DNA of 36,662 nucleotides, taken from positions 1-36,662 of IMG/VR virus record IMGVR_UViG_3300020045_003757; one strand, written 5' to 3'. This DNA comes from a virus (Duplodnaviria > Caudoviricetes). The position numbers and the translations under genes were made by a program. The notes under the pieces are model-generated. The model ran no database searches, was not told the origin of the DNA, and was given only the letters and a program-made list of their open reading frames with translations. This document shows, in pieces, positions 16,259 through 25,112 of the stretch. Each line of letters starts with the position of its first letter. Positions within the stretch are counted from its first letter, which is position 1.

Positions 16259-16592
16259 GAAATATACAACAAGAAGAGTTCAAAGCCGAAACTCAGACAA
16301 AAAAAGGTGTAAAAACTTGTTGGAATAAAAAAGACTTGGTAAATGGAGCAATGACTAACTGTCAACTCCGACTTGCACAGAAACAACCAAGACCTAAAAA
16401 GCGAGGGAACGATGTTGACTACTCGCTACGTTCAACAGTAACGTCAAGGGGGGAACTGCTTTTTTATTCGACTAAAAAAAGTCACCTATAAGGGTTGATT
16501 GATTTTGGTTAATTCCTCACATGGATAGTGTGCAAGGGATAAAGACGAAGAACACCCTAAAAACAAAGGATTGAAACACTAAAAAAAAGAAT

Positions 16593-16814
16593 ATGAAAGA
16601 AGGAATAATACAAAATGTAAACGGAGTTGATTATATGCTATTTGAGTTCTTCACAGAGAATGAAAGTTCAGTTGAATCACTTACAGATAAGACGAGAAAA
16701 TACAAAGGCATATTGCAAAAGTTCGATATTAAACAATCTATGTTTGGCACGTTTAAATCGGCTGAATGCATGGTATTGATACCAGTAGAACACGCTTTAG
16801 AATTTGGAGGCTAA
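16593..16814 (+). CDS. Hypothetical protein
   Basis: 73-aa ORF with an A-rich start context. Confidence 0.55.
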   Translation: MKEGIIQNVNGVDYMLFEFFTENESSVESLTDKTRKYKGILQKFDIKQSMFGTFKSAECMVLIPVEHALEFGG

Positions 16815-16843
16815 CCATTGATTAAAAACACTAAACTAAAAAC

Positions 16844-17260
16844 ATGAAGACAGCAATTGAATTTATAAAAAAATATGGCATTGAAAACAATGTTTTGAAC
16901 CGTGAAGACTTACCCGAATATTGGAAAAGACCATCCGATTTAATGGAAGAATACGCTTCACAATTCACTCCAAAGAAAGAATCAAAGACCATTGAAGAAA
17001 GAAAGACTGAATTTAAAGATGAAGTTTTGAATCGTTCAACGGATAGAGTTGGGTTAATATACGATTGGAAAATGGTTAATGAATTTACTGACTATTGGAC
17101 AGAGATAAGCCCCAACGCAAAGAAGATGCGCTTTGAAAAAGAAAAAGTATTCGACATTAAAAAAAGATTGGAGAGATGGAATAAGAACCAAAAAACATTT
17201 AACAATGGAAAACCTACCACAACAACAGACGACGCAATTAGAAGCTTTATCACTGAATAA
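16844..17260 (+). CDS. Protein carrying a replication-initiator C-terminal-like domain
   Basis: FTDYWTE...KMRFEKEKVFDIKKRLERW resembles the C-terminal domain of Bacteroidota phage replisome organisers. Confidence 0.55.
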   Translation: MKTAIEFIKKYGIENNVLNREDLPEYWKRPSDLMEEYASQFTPKKESKTIEERKTEFKDEVLNRSTDRVGLIYDWKMVNEFTDYWTEISPNAKKMRFEKEKVFDIKKRLERWNKNQKTFNNGKPTTTTDDAIRSFITE

Positions 17261-17966
17261 ATTAATTAAGTCAGGTCTACAAATTAGACAACTTAAAAAC
17301 GATGCCCCACTACGTGAGGCACTCGCTTACTGTTTTGTTTTGGTTGGACTTGACAAAAAGAATTACCCTGTTGAGATTGAAAAGAAAGTTTTAATTGACT
17401 TTGTAATCGGTGCTTACGGTGGTTTAATTGCTGAAGAAATAAAGACGGCTTTTAAAATGGCGGTTTCAAAAAAGTTCCCTGACTTAGATGTTGCTTGTTA
17501 TCAAAAGTTTAGTTGTGAATACTTTGGTAGAGTCATGGCTAGTTATTATATTTGGAGAGGCAACGTTCTTAAACAACAATTCAGTGGTGAAAGGAATTTG
17601 CCTGAAGCAAAAATAAGTGATTTGGATTATTACGAGCGTAGGTTATTTCAACCGTATGACCTTTATTGTGAAACAAACAAATACACAATAGACGACTTAA
17701 ACGCTCACATAATTTATGATGACTTATTTAAGTGGGGCTTAATAACTTTCAGCAAGGAAGAAAAAGCGATATTTGGAAGTGAGGCAAGACTGATAACTCC
17801 AAAGAAGAAACGGGAGAAACCAACTGAGCCTGAAGAAAGCAAAGAAGACCACGACAGACGCATTGTAAAGGTCGCTAAGGCATTAACTTTAAAGGCTTGG
17901 ATAGAAGAACAGTCTTTTAACGAAACCAATTTAAGAGAGATAATAACAGTATTAATAAGAAAGTAA
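17205..17966 (+). CDS. Putative helicase-loader-like replication accessory protein
   Basis: Overlaps the initiator-like gene. Contains EEIKTAFKMA...YQKFSCEYFGRVMASY. Likely ATG at 17205. Confidence 0.45.
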   Translation: MENLPQQQTTQLEALSLNKLIKSGLQIRQLKNDAPLREALAYCFVLVGLDKKNYPVEIEKKVLIDFVIGAYGGLIAEEIKTAFKMAVSKKFPDLDVACYQKFSCEYFGRVMASYYIWRGNVLKQQFSGERNLPEAKISDLDYYERRLFQPYDLYCETNKYTIDDLNAHIIYDDLFKWGLITFSKEEKAIFGSEARLITPKKKREKPTEPEESKEDHDRRIVKVAKALTLKAWIEEQSFNETNLREIITVLIRK

Positions 17967-17967
17967 T

Positions 17968-18168
17968 ATGAAATATGAAATTCACATTGGGGAAATTTTT
18001 GATTTAACCACTAGTTCAAAGAAGCCAAAACAAACTTTAATTATTACACAAGAGCAACTTGCTGTAATCGAACAGTTCGCAAGTCAAAGAAAGGACGCTG
18101 AATTAAACACAATCTATAAATTGAATGATTGTGAATTTAAAATCTACCCTTCATTTAATATCGATTAA
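17968..18168 (+). CDS. Hypothetical protein
   Basis: Tightly spaced in the operon. Confidence 0.55.
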   Translation: MKYEIHIGEIFDLTTSSKKPKQTLIITQEQLAVIEQFASQRKDAELNTIYKLNDCEFKIYPSFNID

Positions 18169-18171
18169 TTT

Positions 18172-18501
18172 ATGAGCCAAACAAAGATAGTAACAGGAAG
18201 AAGTTTAAAAACAGGTAAAGTCGTATCAAAAAAGAAATACGTAGATGGATATGATTTCAATGATATGTTGCAATATTGTGTACCTGTTATAAAAAGCCTC
18301 AACACAACAGGCAAACTATTTAGAGCAAGACAAATAGAACACGAGTGTAAGAGACTAAGAAAGGGAGCGTTTGAACTATTCACTCCTGAACAGGTAGATG
18401 AACTCTTAAACCGTCCTATAACAACTCAGGAACGATTAAGAAACTATCGAGGCAATGGTAGGTATTTAAACGGAAAAATTCCACAAATAAAATTAAGATA
18501 G
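18172..18501 (+). CDS. Hypothetical basic protein
   Basis: Tightly spaced in the operon. Confidence 0.6.
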   Translation: MSQTKIVTGRSLKTGKVVSKKKYVDGYDFNDMLQYCVPVIKSLNTTGKLFRARQIEHECKRLRKGAFELFTPEQVDELLNRPITTQERLRNYRGNGRYLNGKIPQIKLR

Positions 18502-18503
18502 AT

Positions 18504-18605
18504 ATGCCAAACAACAAAAAGAAAAAGAAGAGTCGAGGCTATAAAAGAAAAATGCGTCGATGGGATAGAATGGTTAAAGAAAATAGATTGCCTGAATCAT
18601 TTTAA
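18504..18605 (+). CDS. Very basic 33-aa peptide (MPNNKKKKKSRGYKRKMRRW...)
   Basis: Starts 2 nt after the upstream stop. Read manually. Confidence 0.35.
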   Translation: MPNNKKKKKSRGYKRKMRRWDRMVKENRLPESF

Positions 18606-18754
18606 AACAAATAAAAACATTCCGTTAAGCACACGGTGAACAGCGACTAATTAAACATCTAGCGGTGGTACGTCCTGAAATACGTATTAATTAGTAAAGA
18701 GAAACGGCAGTTAAAATGTTCTGCCAATTGAAATAAATTACTATCTTTGGATTA

Positions 18755-19228
18755 TTGATAGCATCTGAACAAATAGCAAACGACCCTGAATGTCTGAAAA
18801 TGGCACGGGTTCTTTGTCCTTCAAACTATCTTGAATTGTTTAATGAAACATGGCTTCAAGTAAGAGAGTCAGAGTTAGACGGGGTGGTAGTAAGGGACTA
18901 TCGTAATTACTTTTTTAAAGCTCTTAGAAACAACGGATTCAAAAAGCAAAAAGAAATAGTAATAGTTGAGCATTTTGAAAGTAATATTCCCTGCCGTCAA
19001 TTCCTTTGGGATTTTTTAAAGACAGAAAATTTAAACGATGATTTGGAATTTTACAAAAATATACTTACTTTAGCGGTCGTTTGTAAGAATAAGAGAGACG
19101 CTGCGAAATATGCAGAAATGACTAAAACTCAATTCTACGTACACCTAAACAAAGCAAAGCAATTATTAAGAGATGAATATTTTAGAACTACAACTGACGA
19201 CAACTTTGATTTTGATTCTTTGGTTTGA
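18755..19228 (+). CDS. ECF-like sigma factor / late transcription regulator
   Basis: Region-2-like ELFNETWLQV...NYFFKALRN and region-4 HTH KRDAAKYAEMTKTQFYVHLNKAKQLLR. Sits just before the packaging genes. TTG start. Confidence 0.55.
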   Translation: MIASEQIANDPECLKMARVLCPSNYLELFNETWLQVRESELDGVVVRDYRNYFFKALRNNGFKKQKEIVIVEHFESNIPCRQFLWDFLKTENLNDDLEFYKNILTLAVVCKNKRDAAKYAEMTKTQFYVHLNKAKQLLRDEYFRTTTDDNFDFDSLV

Positions 19229-19484
19229 TTTATTCGGACTTCATAACATTATACTAAGTTGGTTTGGTAAAGAGGTTTGGCAGATTGAATCACATCACAA
19301 GTGGTATCTTCAATTGTTCGCTTGTTATTTCTGTACTGGCTTTTGGATTGGTACAATTGTTTCGGGAATATATTTCGGTTTAACCTATGATTGGCGAACC
19401 GCTTTAACACTATTAGTTTTAAATTTCGTAATAACCCGAATACTTGACAACTTGTTAGGGTTCGATTCAATAAAAAGCAAATGA
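19173..19484 (+). CDS. Membrane protein with CxxC motif
   Basis: Three hydrophobic segments and LFACYFCTGFW. Confidence 0.6.
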   Translation: MNILELQLTTTLILILWFDLFGLHNIILSWFGKEVWQIESHHKWYLQLFACYFCTGFWIGTIVSGIYFGLTYDWRTALTLLVLNFVITRILDNLLGFDSIKSK

Positions 19485-19960
19485 GTTATCAATTTAGTCC
19501 AAGATTAGAAAAGTTACCCTTCCTTACAGTCGCAAGTGAAATAGTTGCGCTGAGTGAAGATATTAAAAAGAACATCCAACACAGAGGTCGAAACTTTGAA
19601 ATAGTAAAGCAGGGATATGAAGAGTTAAAAAAAGCACAGGGTTTACCACCATCATCAAAACGTTTATGTCGTTCAGGTTGCATAACCCAAATGAATAAGA
19701 TGATGACTAATTGGCTAGTCTTATTTGAAAAGTCAGGTGGTATCATTCCAAGTAACCCAACAGTTACAATCCTAACGCCAAGCATCCAAACGAAACATTC
19801 AGGCAACCCTTTAATTCCTTTAGATGACAAGCGTAAGGCGCTAGAAGAAAAGAGTTGGGCAGAACTAAACAAATTAGTAATTGAAAAGCGTAAAGGTGTT
19901 CCAATGGAAACAAACGGACGTGCTTCAAAGGTCACATTGATTAACGAACTTTTAAAGTAA
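19481..19960 (+). CDS. Hypothetical protein
   Basis: ATGA-coupled. Contains a CRSGC motif. Confidence 0.6.
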   Translation: MSYQFSPRLEKLPFLTVASEIVALSEDIKKNIQHRGRNFEIVKQGYEELKKAQGLPPSSKRLCRSGCITQMNKMMTNWLVLFEKSGGIIPSNPTVTILTPSIQTKHSGNPLIPLDDKRKALEEKSWAELNKLVIEKRKGVPMETNGRASKVTLINELLK

Positions 19961-20410
19961 ATGAAGAAGATTCATGGTGCGCCAACCACAAGACAGCAAG
20001 AACGTTCTAAAGAACGAAGAGGAAACGTCAATGTAAATAAATGTAACATGGGTGGTGAAAAAGGCTTTGCTTATTACAAAGATATGCCAGGCGTTCACGT
20101 AGACCAATTCGATAACCGTGAGATGATTAAATTCATAGTACAACCTGACGGTAAATGCACCGCAATATGTTACGCTCACAACCTATTAATCAAGCGCTGT
20201 ATAGATGAGTCAATGTCAAACCCAATGCTCAAAGGAATCATAACATCGGCAGCCTTAGACCACATCTTTAAAAACAAAACGCCTTTCAATTGGCTACTCC
20301 GTAAGCGGTATGCCTTTTTATTATTCATTCAATCATTCAAAGCCGAAAGAAAGAAAAGAAAACTTTTAAAGGCTTTATCTAAAACTAAGATAGATGGCGA
20401 ACAAGCATAA
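19961..20410 (+). CDS. Hypothetical protein
   Basis: Abuts both neighbours. Confidence 0.6.
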   Translation: MKKIHGAPTTRQQERSKERRGNVNVNKCNMGGEKGFAYYKDMPGVHVDQFDNREMIKFIVQPDGKCTAICYAHNLLIKRCIDESMSNPMLKGIITSAALDHIFKNKTPFNWLLRKRYAFLLFIQSFKAERKKRKLLKALSKTKIDGEQA

Positions 20411-20798
20411 GAAGATTGATGCTGATGAGTTAATAGAACTAGCCAACAAGTACTGTGATGAGTGTATAGGCAACAGACAGGAACAAGCAACAGGCTCAGG
20501 CAAGATTGTTGAGGTTACTTCAAGGCACATTCCAACTATCGCTTACTTCGTTTGTCATTGGTTAAGAAGACAACACTTTGAATTTTATAATAGGACAACA
20601 ATTTATAGAGTACTAAAAGATGAACAACATCCGTTATGCGACACTATAAAAAAAATACAGGGTGATTTTGATTCACTAGCCGTTGATATTGTTGCAAATG
20701 AGGGTAAAGGAATATTCTACGCAAAGAACAGATTAGGCATGACGGATAAGCAACAAATTTCAGGTGACCCTGAGCAACCTCTTTTCCCTGAGTTGTAG
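20394..20798 (+). CDS. terS: Terminase small subunit
   Basis: Upstream of TerL. PTIAYF...IFYAKNRLGMTDKQ resembles P22-gp3-like TerS. Confidence 0.75.
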   Translation: MANKHKKIDADELIELANKYCDECIGNRQEQATGSGKIVEVTSRHIPTIAYFVCHWLRRQHFEFYNRTTIYRVLKDEQHPLCDTIKKIQGDFDSLAVDIVANEGKGIFYAKNRLGMTDKQQISGDPEQPLFPEL

Positions 20799-20843
20799 TT
20801 GTCACCACACGGTGGACAAAGTAGACTAACTTATTGATAATCA

Positions 20844-22001
20844 ATGTTCATCAGAACCACCGCAATAAACAAAATTCTAAGATTAAAGGCTAGGAAGAAA
20901 GTAATTCAGGGCGGTTCTTCGGCAGGCAAGACAGTTGGAATACTTCCAGTGCTTATTGATATGGCCTCAAGGACAGCAGGATTAGAAATATCTGTTGTCG
21001 CTGAATCAATCCCACATTTAAGACGGGGCGCACTCAAAGACTTTTTAAAGATAATGCGATGGACAAACAGATTTAATCCGTGGCGTTTCAATAAATCACT
21101 TCTTACGTACACGTTTCAGAATGGCTCTTATATTGAGTTCTTTAGTGCAGAGGACGAAGGTAAGGTGAGAGGCGCAAGACGAAACATTCTATACGTAAAT
21201 GAAGCAAACAACCTAGAATTTGATACCTATCATCAGTTAGCGATTAGAACAAGTGGCGACATTTTTTTGGATTTCAACCCGACATCTGAATTTTGGGCAC
21301 ACACTGAGGTCTTAAAGGAATCAGATTCAGAACTACTCATTTTAACATACAAAGATAACGAAGCGTTACCACCAAATGTAATTGATGACTTCGATAATGC
21401 AAGACGAAAAGCAAATGAAGGCTCAAAGTATTGGCAGAATTGGTGCAGAGTTTATATTGACGGTCACATTGGAAACTTACAAGGCGCAGTCTTTGAAGAG
21501 TGGGAAGTAGTTGATTCTATTCCTGAAGGAGCAAGACTCTTAGGGCATGGAATGGATTTTGGTTGGGAAGTTCCTGCCGCCTTAATCGATGTTTATGAGT
21601 TTGAAGGTTCTTATGTATTTGATGAAAGGATATACGAAACCAAACTAACCAACCAAGATTTAGGTGATATGATTATTGAGATGGGAATTAGAAACAATCT
21701 TATCTATGCGGATTCGGCAGAGCCTAAATCAATATACGAGATTCAATCAATGGGTGTTAACATCCATGCGTGCGACTCCAAACAAGACATCAACTCTTAT
21801 GCGATTAAGAAGATGCAGAACAAACCGTTCTTTATCACTAAGCGAAGTGAGGGAATGATTAACGAAATAAGAAATTTAGTTTGGGGTAAGGATATAAAAG
21901 GCGTTGGAACAGGCAAACCAAAGAAAGGGAATGACCATGCGTTTGATGCTGTTAAATATTTTATTGGTACGATTGATAAATATGACGGAAAATATCGTTA
22001 A
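20844..22001 (+). CDS. terL: Terminase large subunit, PBSX family
   Basis: Walker A QGGSSAGKT, Walker B ILYVNEA, coupling motif DFNP, nuclease motifs GMDFG, ADSAEPK and NDHAFDAVKY. Confidence 0.95.
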   Translation: MFIRTTAINKILRLKARKKVIQGGSSAGKTVGILPVLIDMASRTAGLEISVVAESIPHLRRGALKDFLKIMRWTNRFNPWRFNKSLLTYTFQNGSYIEFFSAEDEGKVRGARRNILYVNEANNLEFDTYHQLAIRTSGDIFLDFNPTSEFWAHTEVLKESDSELLILTYKDNEALPPNVIDDFDNARRKANEGSKYWQNWCRVYIDGHIGNLQGAVFEEWEVVDSIPEGARLLGHGMDFGWEVPAALIDVYEFEGSYVFDERIYETKLTNQDLGDMIIEMGIRNNLIYADSAEPKSIYEIQSMGVNIHACDSKQDINSYAIKKMQNKPFFITKRSEGMINEIRNLVWGKDIKGVGTGKPKKGNDHAFDAVKYFIGTIDKYDGKYR

Positions 22002-22010
22002 GTTTGAATT

Positions 22011-22136
22011 ATGAAAAGAATGAGAATTAAAAAAGGTTTGACTGATATTGAAAAGAAGCAAATCATTGGACTGTCTATAATTGTTCTTGCCTCTGCTTGT
22101 ATCACTTCAATCATTTGGGTAATATGCTTGTGGTAG
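22011..22136 (+). CDS. Small single-TM protein, 41 aa
   Basis: Read manually: MKRMRIKKG...IIGLSIIVLASACITSIIWVICLW. Confidence 0.45.
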   Translation: MKRMRIKKGLTDIEKKQIIGLSIIVLASACITSIIWVICLW

Positions 22137-22726
22137 TATTCACACATGACAGACCCGAAATGTTAAAGAACACCATTCGAGAGGTTGGGGGTGATTTGAT
22201 ATTATGTAACGATGAAGACTGGTCAGGCAAAAGAAACTTTTGGAAGAAGTGGAAGTTTGCTGTTGAGTTCTGTAAAGATTCAGATGAAGAGTATTTTCTA
22301 TTTGTTCCTGATGATTTCAAGAACTACGACTTAGATATGATTAAACGCCTCACAATGCAAGGTTGGGATAATCATTTATTCGCTGTCAATCTTTCAAACG
22401 ATGGACGTTCACATTGTTGGGGTGGTTTCGGAACAGGTCAACCATCTTTTAATGTAGGTGAATATAAATTTGACGAGGTTGGTTTTGTTGATTGTGGATT
22501 CTTAACAAACAAACACACAATTGAAAGGCTTACTATTGATGAAGTTCCTGAAGGTTGGTTTAACAGACCTGATAAAAGTTCAGGAGTAGGACACCAACTT
22601 ACAAAAAAGTTTCGTAGTTTTGGAGTCAAGATGATAACACCAACACCATCACTTGCTTTTCATGGTGACCATGAATCAAAGATGCACGGTGAACATCGCA
22701 AAGACATACCTTTAATATCTAAATAA
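22124..22726 (+). CDS. GT-A fold glycosyltransferase-like protein
   Basis: VVVFTHDRPEML start, FLFVPDDF (xDD motif), late PSLAFHGDH. Confidence 0.65.
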   Translation: MLVVVFTHDRPEMLKNTIREVGGDLILCNDEDWSGKRNFWKKWKFAVEFCKDSDEEYFLFVPDDFKNYDLDMIKRLTMQGWDNHLFAVNLSNDGRSHCWGGFGTGQPSFNVGEYKFDEVGFVDCGFLTNKHTIERLTIDEVPEGWFNRPDKSSGVGHQLTKKFRSFGVKMITPTPSLAFHGDHESKMHGEHRKDIPLISK

Positions 22727-22843
22727 ATGACAACAACAAACGGTGAAGCACCAAAACCAAGCGGATTAGGTGGATTAATAAAAGCAGTCCTAGTGTTAGG
22801 CGTATGCGTTTACATGGTTGGAGTAATTGCAGGTTGGTGGTAG
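22727..22843 (+). CDS. Small single-TM protein, 38 aa
   Basis: Read manually: MTTTNGEAPKPSGLGGLIKAVLVLGVCVYMVGVIAGWW. Exactly fills the gap between two GT genes. Confidence 0.55.
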   Translation: MTTTNGEAPKPSGLGGLIKAVLVLGVCVYMVGVIAGWW

Positions 22844-23551
22844 ATGAAGATAGGTGCAGTCATTCCAGTTAAAGGTAGGCTTCCACTTTTGAAGCACACA
22901 ATCGAACGTCTTAAAAAAAAGAACGGAGTTGATTTAGTTATCTGTGTTGGTGATTCTGAAGACGAAGAGTTAACATCTTTGAAAGCTGGTGCGCTATTTG
23001 TTTATCATGCTAACATTCCACTCGGTAAGAAATGGAACGCAGGATTTCAAGAAGCAAAGAAGCATAACATTGATGTTGTTTTATTCGTTGGTAGTTCAGA
23101 TTGGCTCAGTGATAATTGGTTAAGCTACTCACTACCTTACATGACTGAATATGATTTAGTGGGTAAGTCTGATTTCTACATGGTAGATATTGCTGACAAG
23201 TTCCGTGCTTGTCATTGGGCAGGATATGGAAAAGGCGAAAGAGAAAAAGAGCCGATTGGAATTGGAAGATTAATTTCAAGCCGTGTCTTAGACCAAATGA
23301 ATTGGAAACCGTTTCAAGATGAGAAGGGTCATAACATGGATTACATGATGTTTCAAAACGTTGGTAAGTTAGGTGGTAAGATTGGACTTATTAAACAGGA
23401 TGACATGAAAGCGTTATCTATTTCAACTAATCAATGGAACAACCTACATAAGTTTGAACAACATTGGAACGATGAAATTCCAAGCAAATCAATAAGACTA
23501 AATGCCGAGATTCTAATCAAAGAATTTCCTGAACTTAAATTAATTTTCTGA
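22844..23551 (+). CDS. Glycosyltransferase family 2-like protein
   Basis: AVIPVKGR, PLGKKWNAG, degenerate DxD region FVGSSDW, GIGRLIS. Confidence 0.75.
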   Translation: MKIGAVIPVKGRLPLLKHTIERLKKKNGVDLVICVGDSEDEELTSLKAGALFVYHANIPLGKKWNAGFQEAKKHNIDVVLFVGSSDWLSDNWLSYSLPYMTEYDLVGKSDFYMVDIADKFRACHWAGYGKGEREKEPIGIGRLISSRVLDQMNWKPFQDEKGHNMDYMMFQNVGKLGGKIGLIKQDDMKALSISTNQWNNLHKFEQHWNDEIPSKSIRLNAEILIKEFPELKLIF

Positions 23552-24060
23552 TGCACCCTAAAAGTTTTTACTTCAACTACCAAGCGAATGATGAGATTGC
23601 ACCGCTTGATGTGATGATGAATAAGTATGTGAGCAATCACAACCCTAAATCTGTTTTAGACTTTGGTTGTGGTGTAGGTAAGAACCTAAGATACTTACTA
23701 GATAACAACGAAGGGTTGACGGTTTGTGGTATTGATATGTCGTTTGTTAATATCATTCATGCAAGGGCAAAGAACCGAATTGAATTTTTAGTGTTAGGTG
23801 ATGAATATCATTTATGCCGTTTAAGAGAGTTCGATGTAGTTATGACAACCTCAGTGCTTTGTCACATTCAGGACATCACCGAGATAGTAAAAGAGTTCAA
23901 ACGAATAGCAAAGGATTCAATTATCATCTGTGAAACCAAAGACATTAAAGGCGAGTTCTATTACGAACATGATTACGAGTCGTTTGGTTTTGAGTTCGTG
24001 GGATTGCAAATGGTAAGTGGGAATGATGCACTTTATAAAATATACCGATGGAAACAATAG
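23551..24060 (+). CDS. Class I SAM-dependent methyltransferase
   Basis: Motif I VLDFGCGVG, then GIDMS and FDVVMTTSVLCHI. Confidence 0.9.
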   Translation: MHPKSFYFNYQANDEIAPLDVMMNKYVSNHNPKSVLDFGCGVGKNLRYLLDNNEGLTVCGIDMSFVNIIHARAKNRIEFLVLGDEYHLCRLREFDVVMTTSVLCHIQDITEIVKEFKRIAKDSIIICETKDIKGEFYYEHDYESFGFEFVGLQMVSGNDALYKIYRWKQ

Positions 24061-25112
24061 AATGTAAACGATGCCTTTTTGATTCTTCTTTTGCCACAAT
24101 AAAAGAAGACGGCATTTGTGAATATTGCGATATTCACGATGAGTTGGAACGTCAAGCCAACCCTAAAGACTTTTACAAGCAGCTTGATAAAATAAGCAAA
24201 AAGAAAGGTAAGTACAATTGTATCATTGGTATTTCAGGCGGTAAGGATTCAAGCGCACTTACATACGCTGCCGTTAAATGGTGGGGACTTAAACCACTTG
24301 TGATTCATTTTGATAATCATTGGAACGGTTCAATTGCTGAATCAAATATGTTAAACGTCATAAAGACTTTGAATGTAGATTCAATTCGTTTTAATGTTAA
24401 TAAAGGTGAATACGATACATTGAATGAGGCTTTTTTAAGTGCGGGTGTTCCTGATGCTGACATACCGAATGATATTGCAATGACAAAAATCATGTATGAG
24501 ACTGCTAATAAATACGGAATTAAGTACATCTTAAACGGTCACGACTTTAGAGAGGAAGGGTCAACGCCTCGCGGTTGGACTTACATGGATGCTGAGTATA
24601 TTCGTTCTGTTTACTCATGGTTTACAGGTGGCAGAACATTAAAGAACTATCCTTTATTTACATTCAAAGACCAAATCAAATACTCTTTAAAAGGAATCAA
24701 GAACATACGCCCTTTTCATTACATGGTTGATAGAACTGAATTGGACGCTGAGATGATTGAGTTTTGTAAATGGCAAAGTTACGGGGCAAAGCATGGTGAG
24801 AATTTATACACGGAGTTTGTCGGCTCGGTATTACTTCCTAATAAATTCAAGATTGATAAACGTATTGTTTATTTGTCGGCTCAAGTTCGTTCAGGATTAA
24901 TCAGTAAAGAAAATGCAAGGATTCGTTTTGACTACAAAGCACCAATTGATTTGGCTAAGTTTCCTGCAGAATGGATGCAACAAGTAGGTGCAGAGAAACG
25001 AACGCACAAAGATTTCAAGACATACAACTTTAAAAAGTACCGACCTTTAATTTGGCTTATGGCTAAAATGAAAATAGTTCCTTACACGTTCTACAAAAAA
25101 TATTGTTTCTAA
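24048..25112 (+). CDS. N-acetyl sugar amidotransferase (WbuX/PseA/WbpG-like, PP-loop ATPase)
   Basis: CKRC...CEYC, PP-loop IIGISGGKDSS, HFDNHWN and DKRIVYLSAQVRSG. Confidence 0.85.
   Translation: METIECKRCLFDSSFATIKEDGICEYCDIHDELERQANPKDFYKQLDKISKKKGKYNCIIGISGGKDSSALTYAAVKWWGLKPLVIHFDNHWNGSIAESNMLNVIKTLNVDSIRFNVNKGEYDTLNEAFLSAGVPDADIPNDIAMTKIMYETANKYGIKYILNGHDFREEGSTPRGWTYMDAEYIRSVYSWFTGGRTLKNYPLFTFKDQIKYSLKGIKNIRPFHYMVDRTELDAEMIEFCKWQSYGAKHGENLYTEFVGSVLLPNKFKIDKRIVYLSAQVRSGLISKENARIRFDYKAPIDLAKFPAEWMQQVGAEKRTHKDFKTYNFKKYRPLIWLMAKMKIVPYTFYKKYCF

Noticed and set aside
18660-18710. Possible hammerhead ribozyme (CCTGAAA...GAAAC)
   Set aside because: The CUGAnGA core is not present and the stems do not fit the hammerhead topology.
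24048-25112. QueC / 7-deazaguanine DNA modification
   Set aside because: The PP-loop is shared, but the N-terminal Cys cluster and C-terminal motifs fit sugar amidotransferases, and no folE, queD, queE or dpdA is visible.
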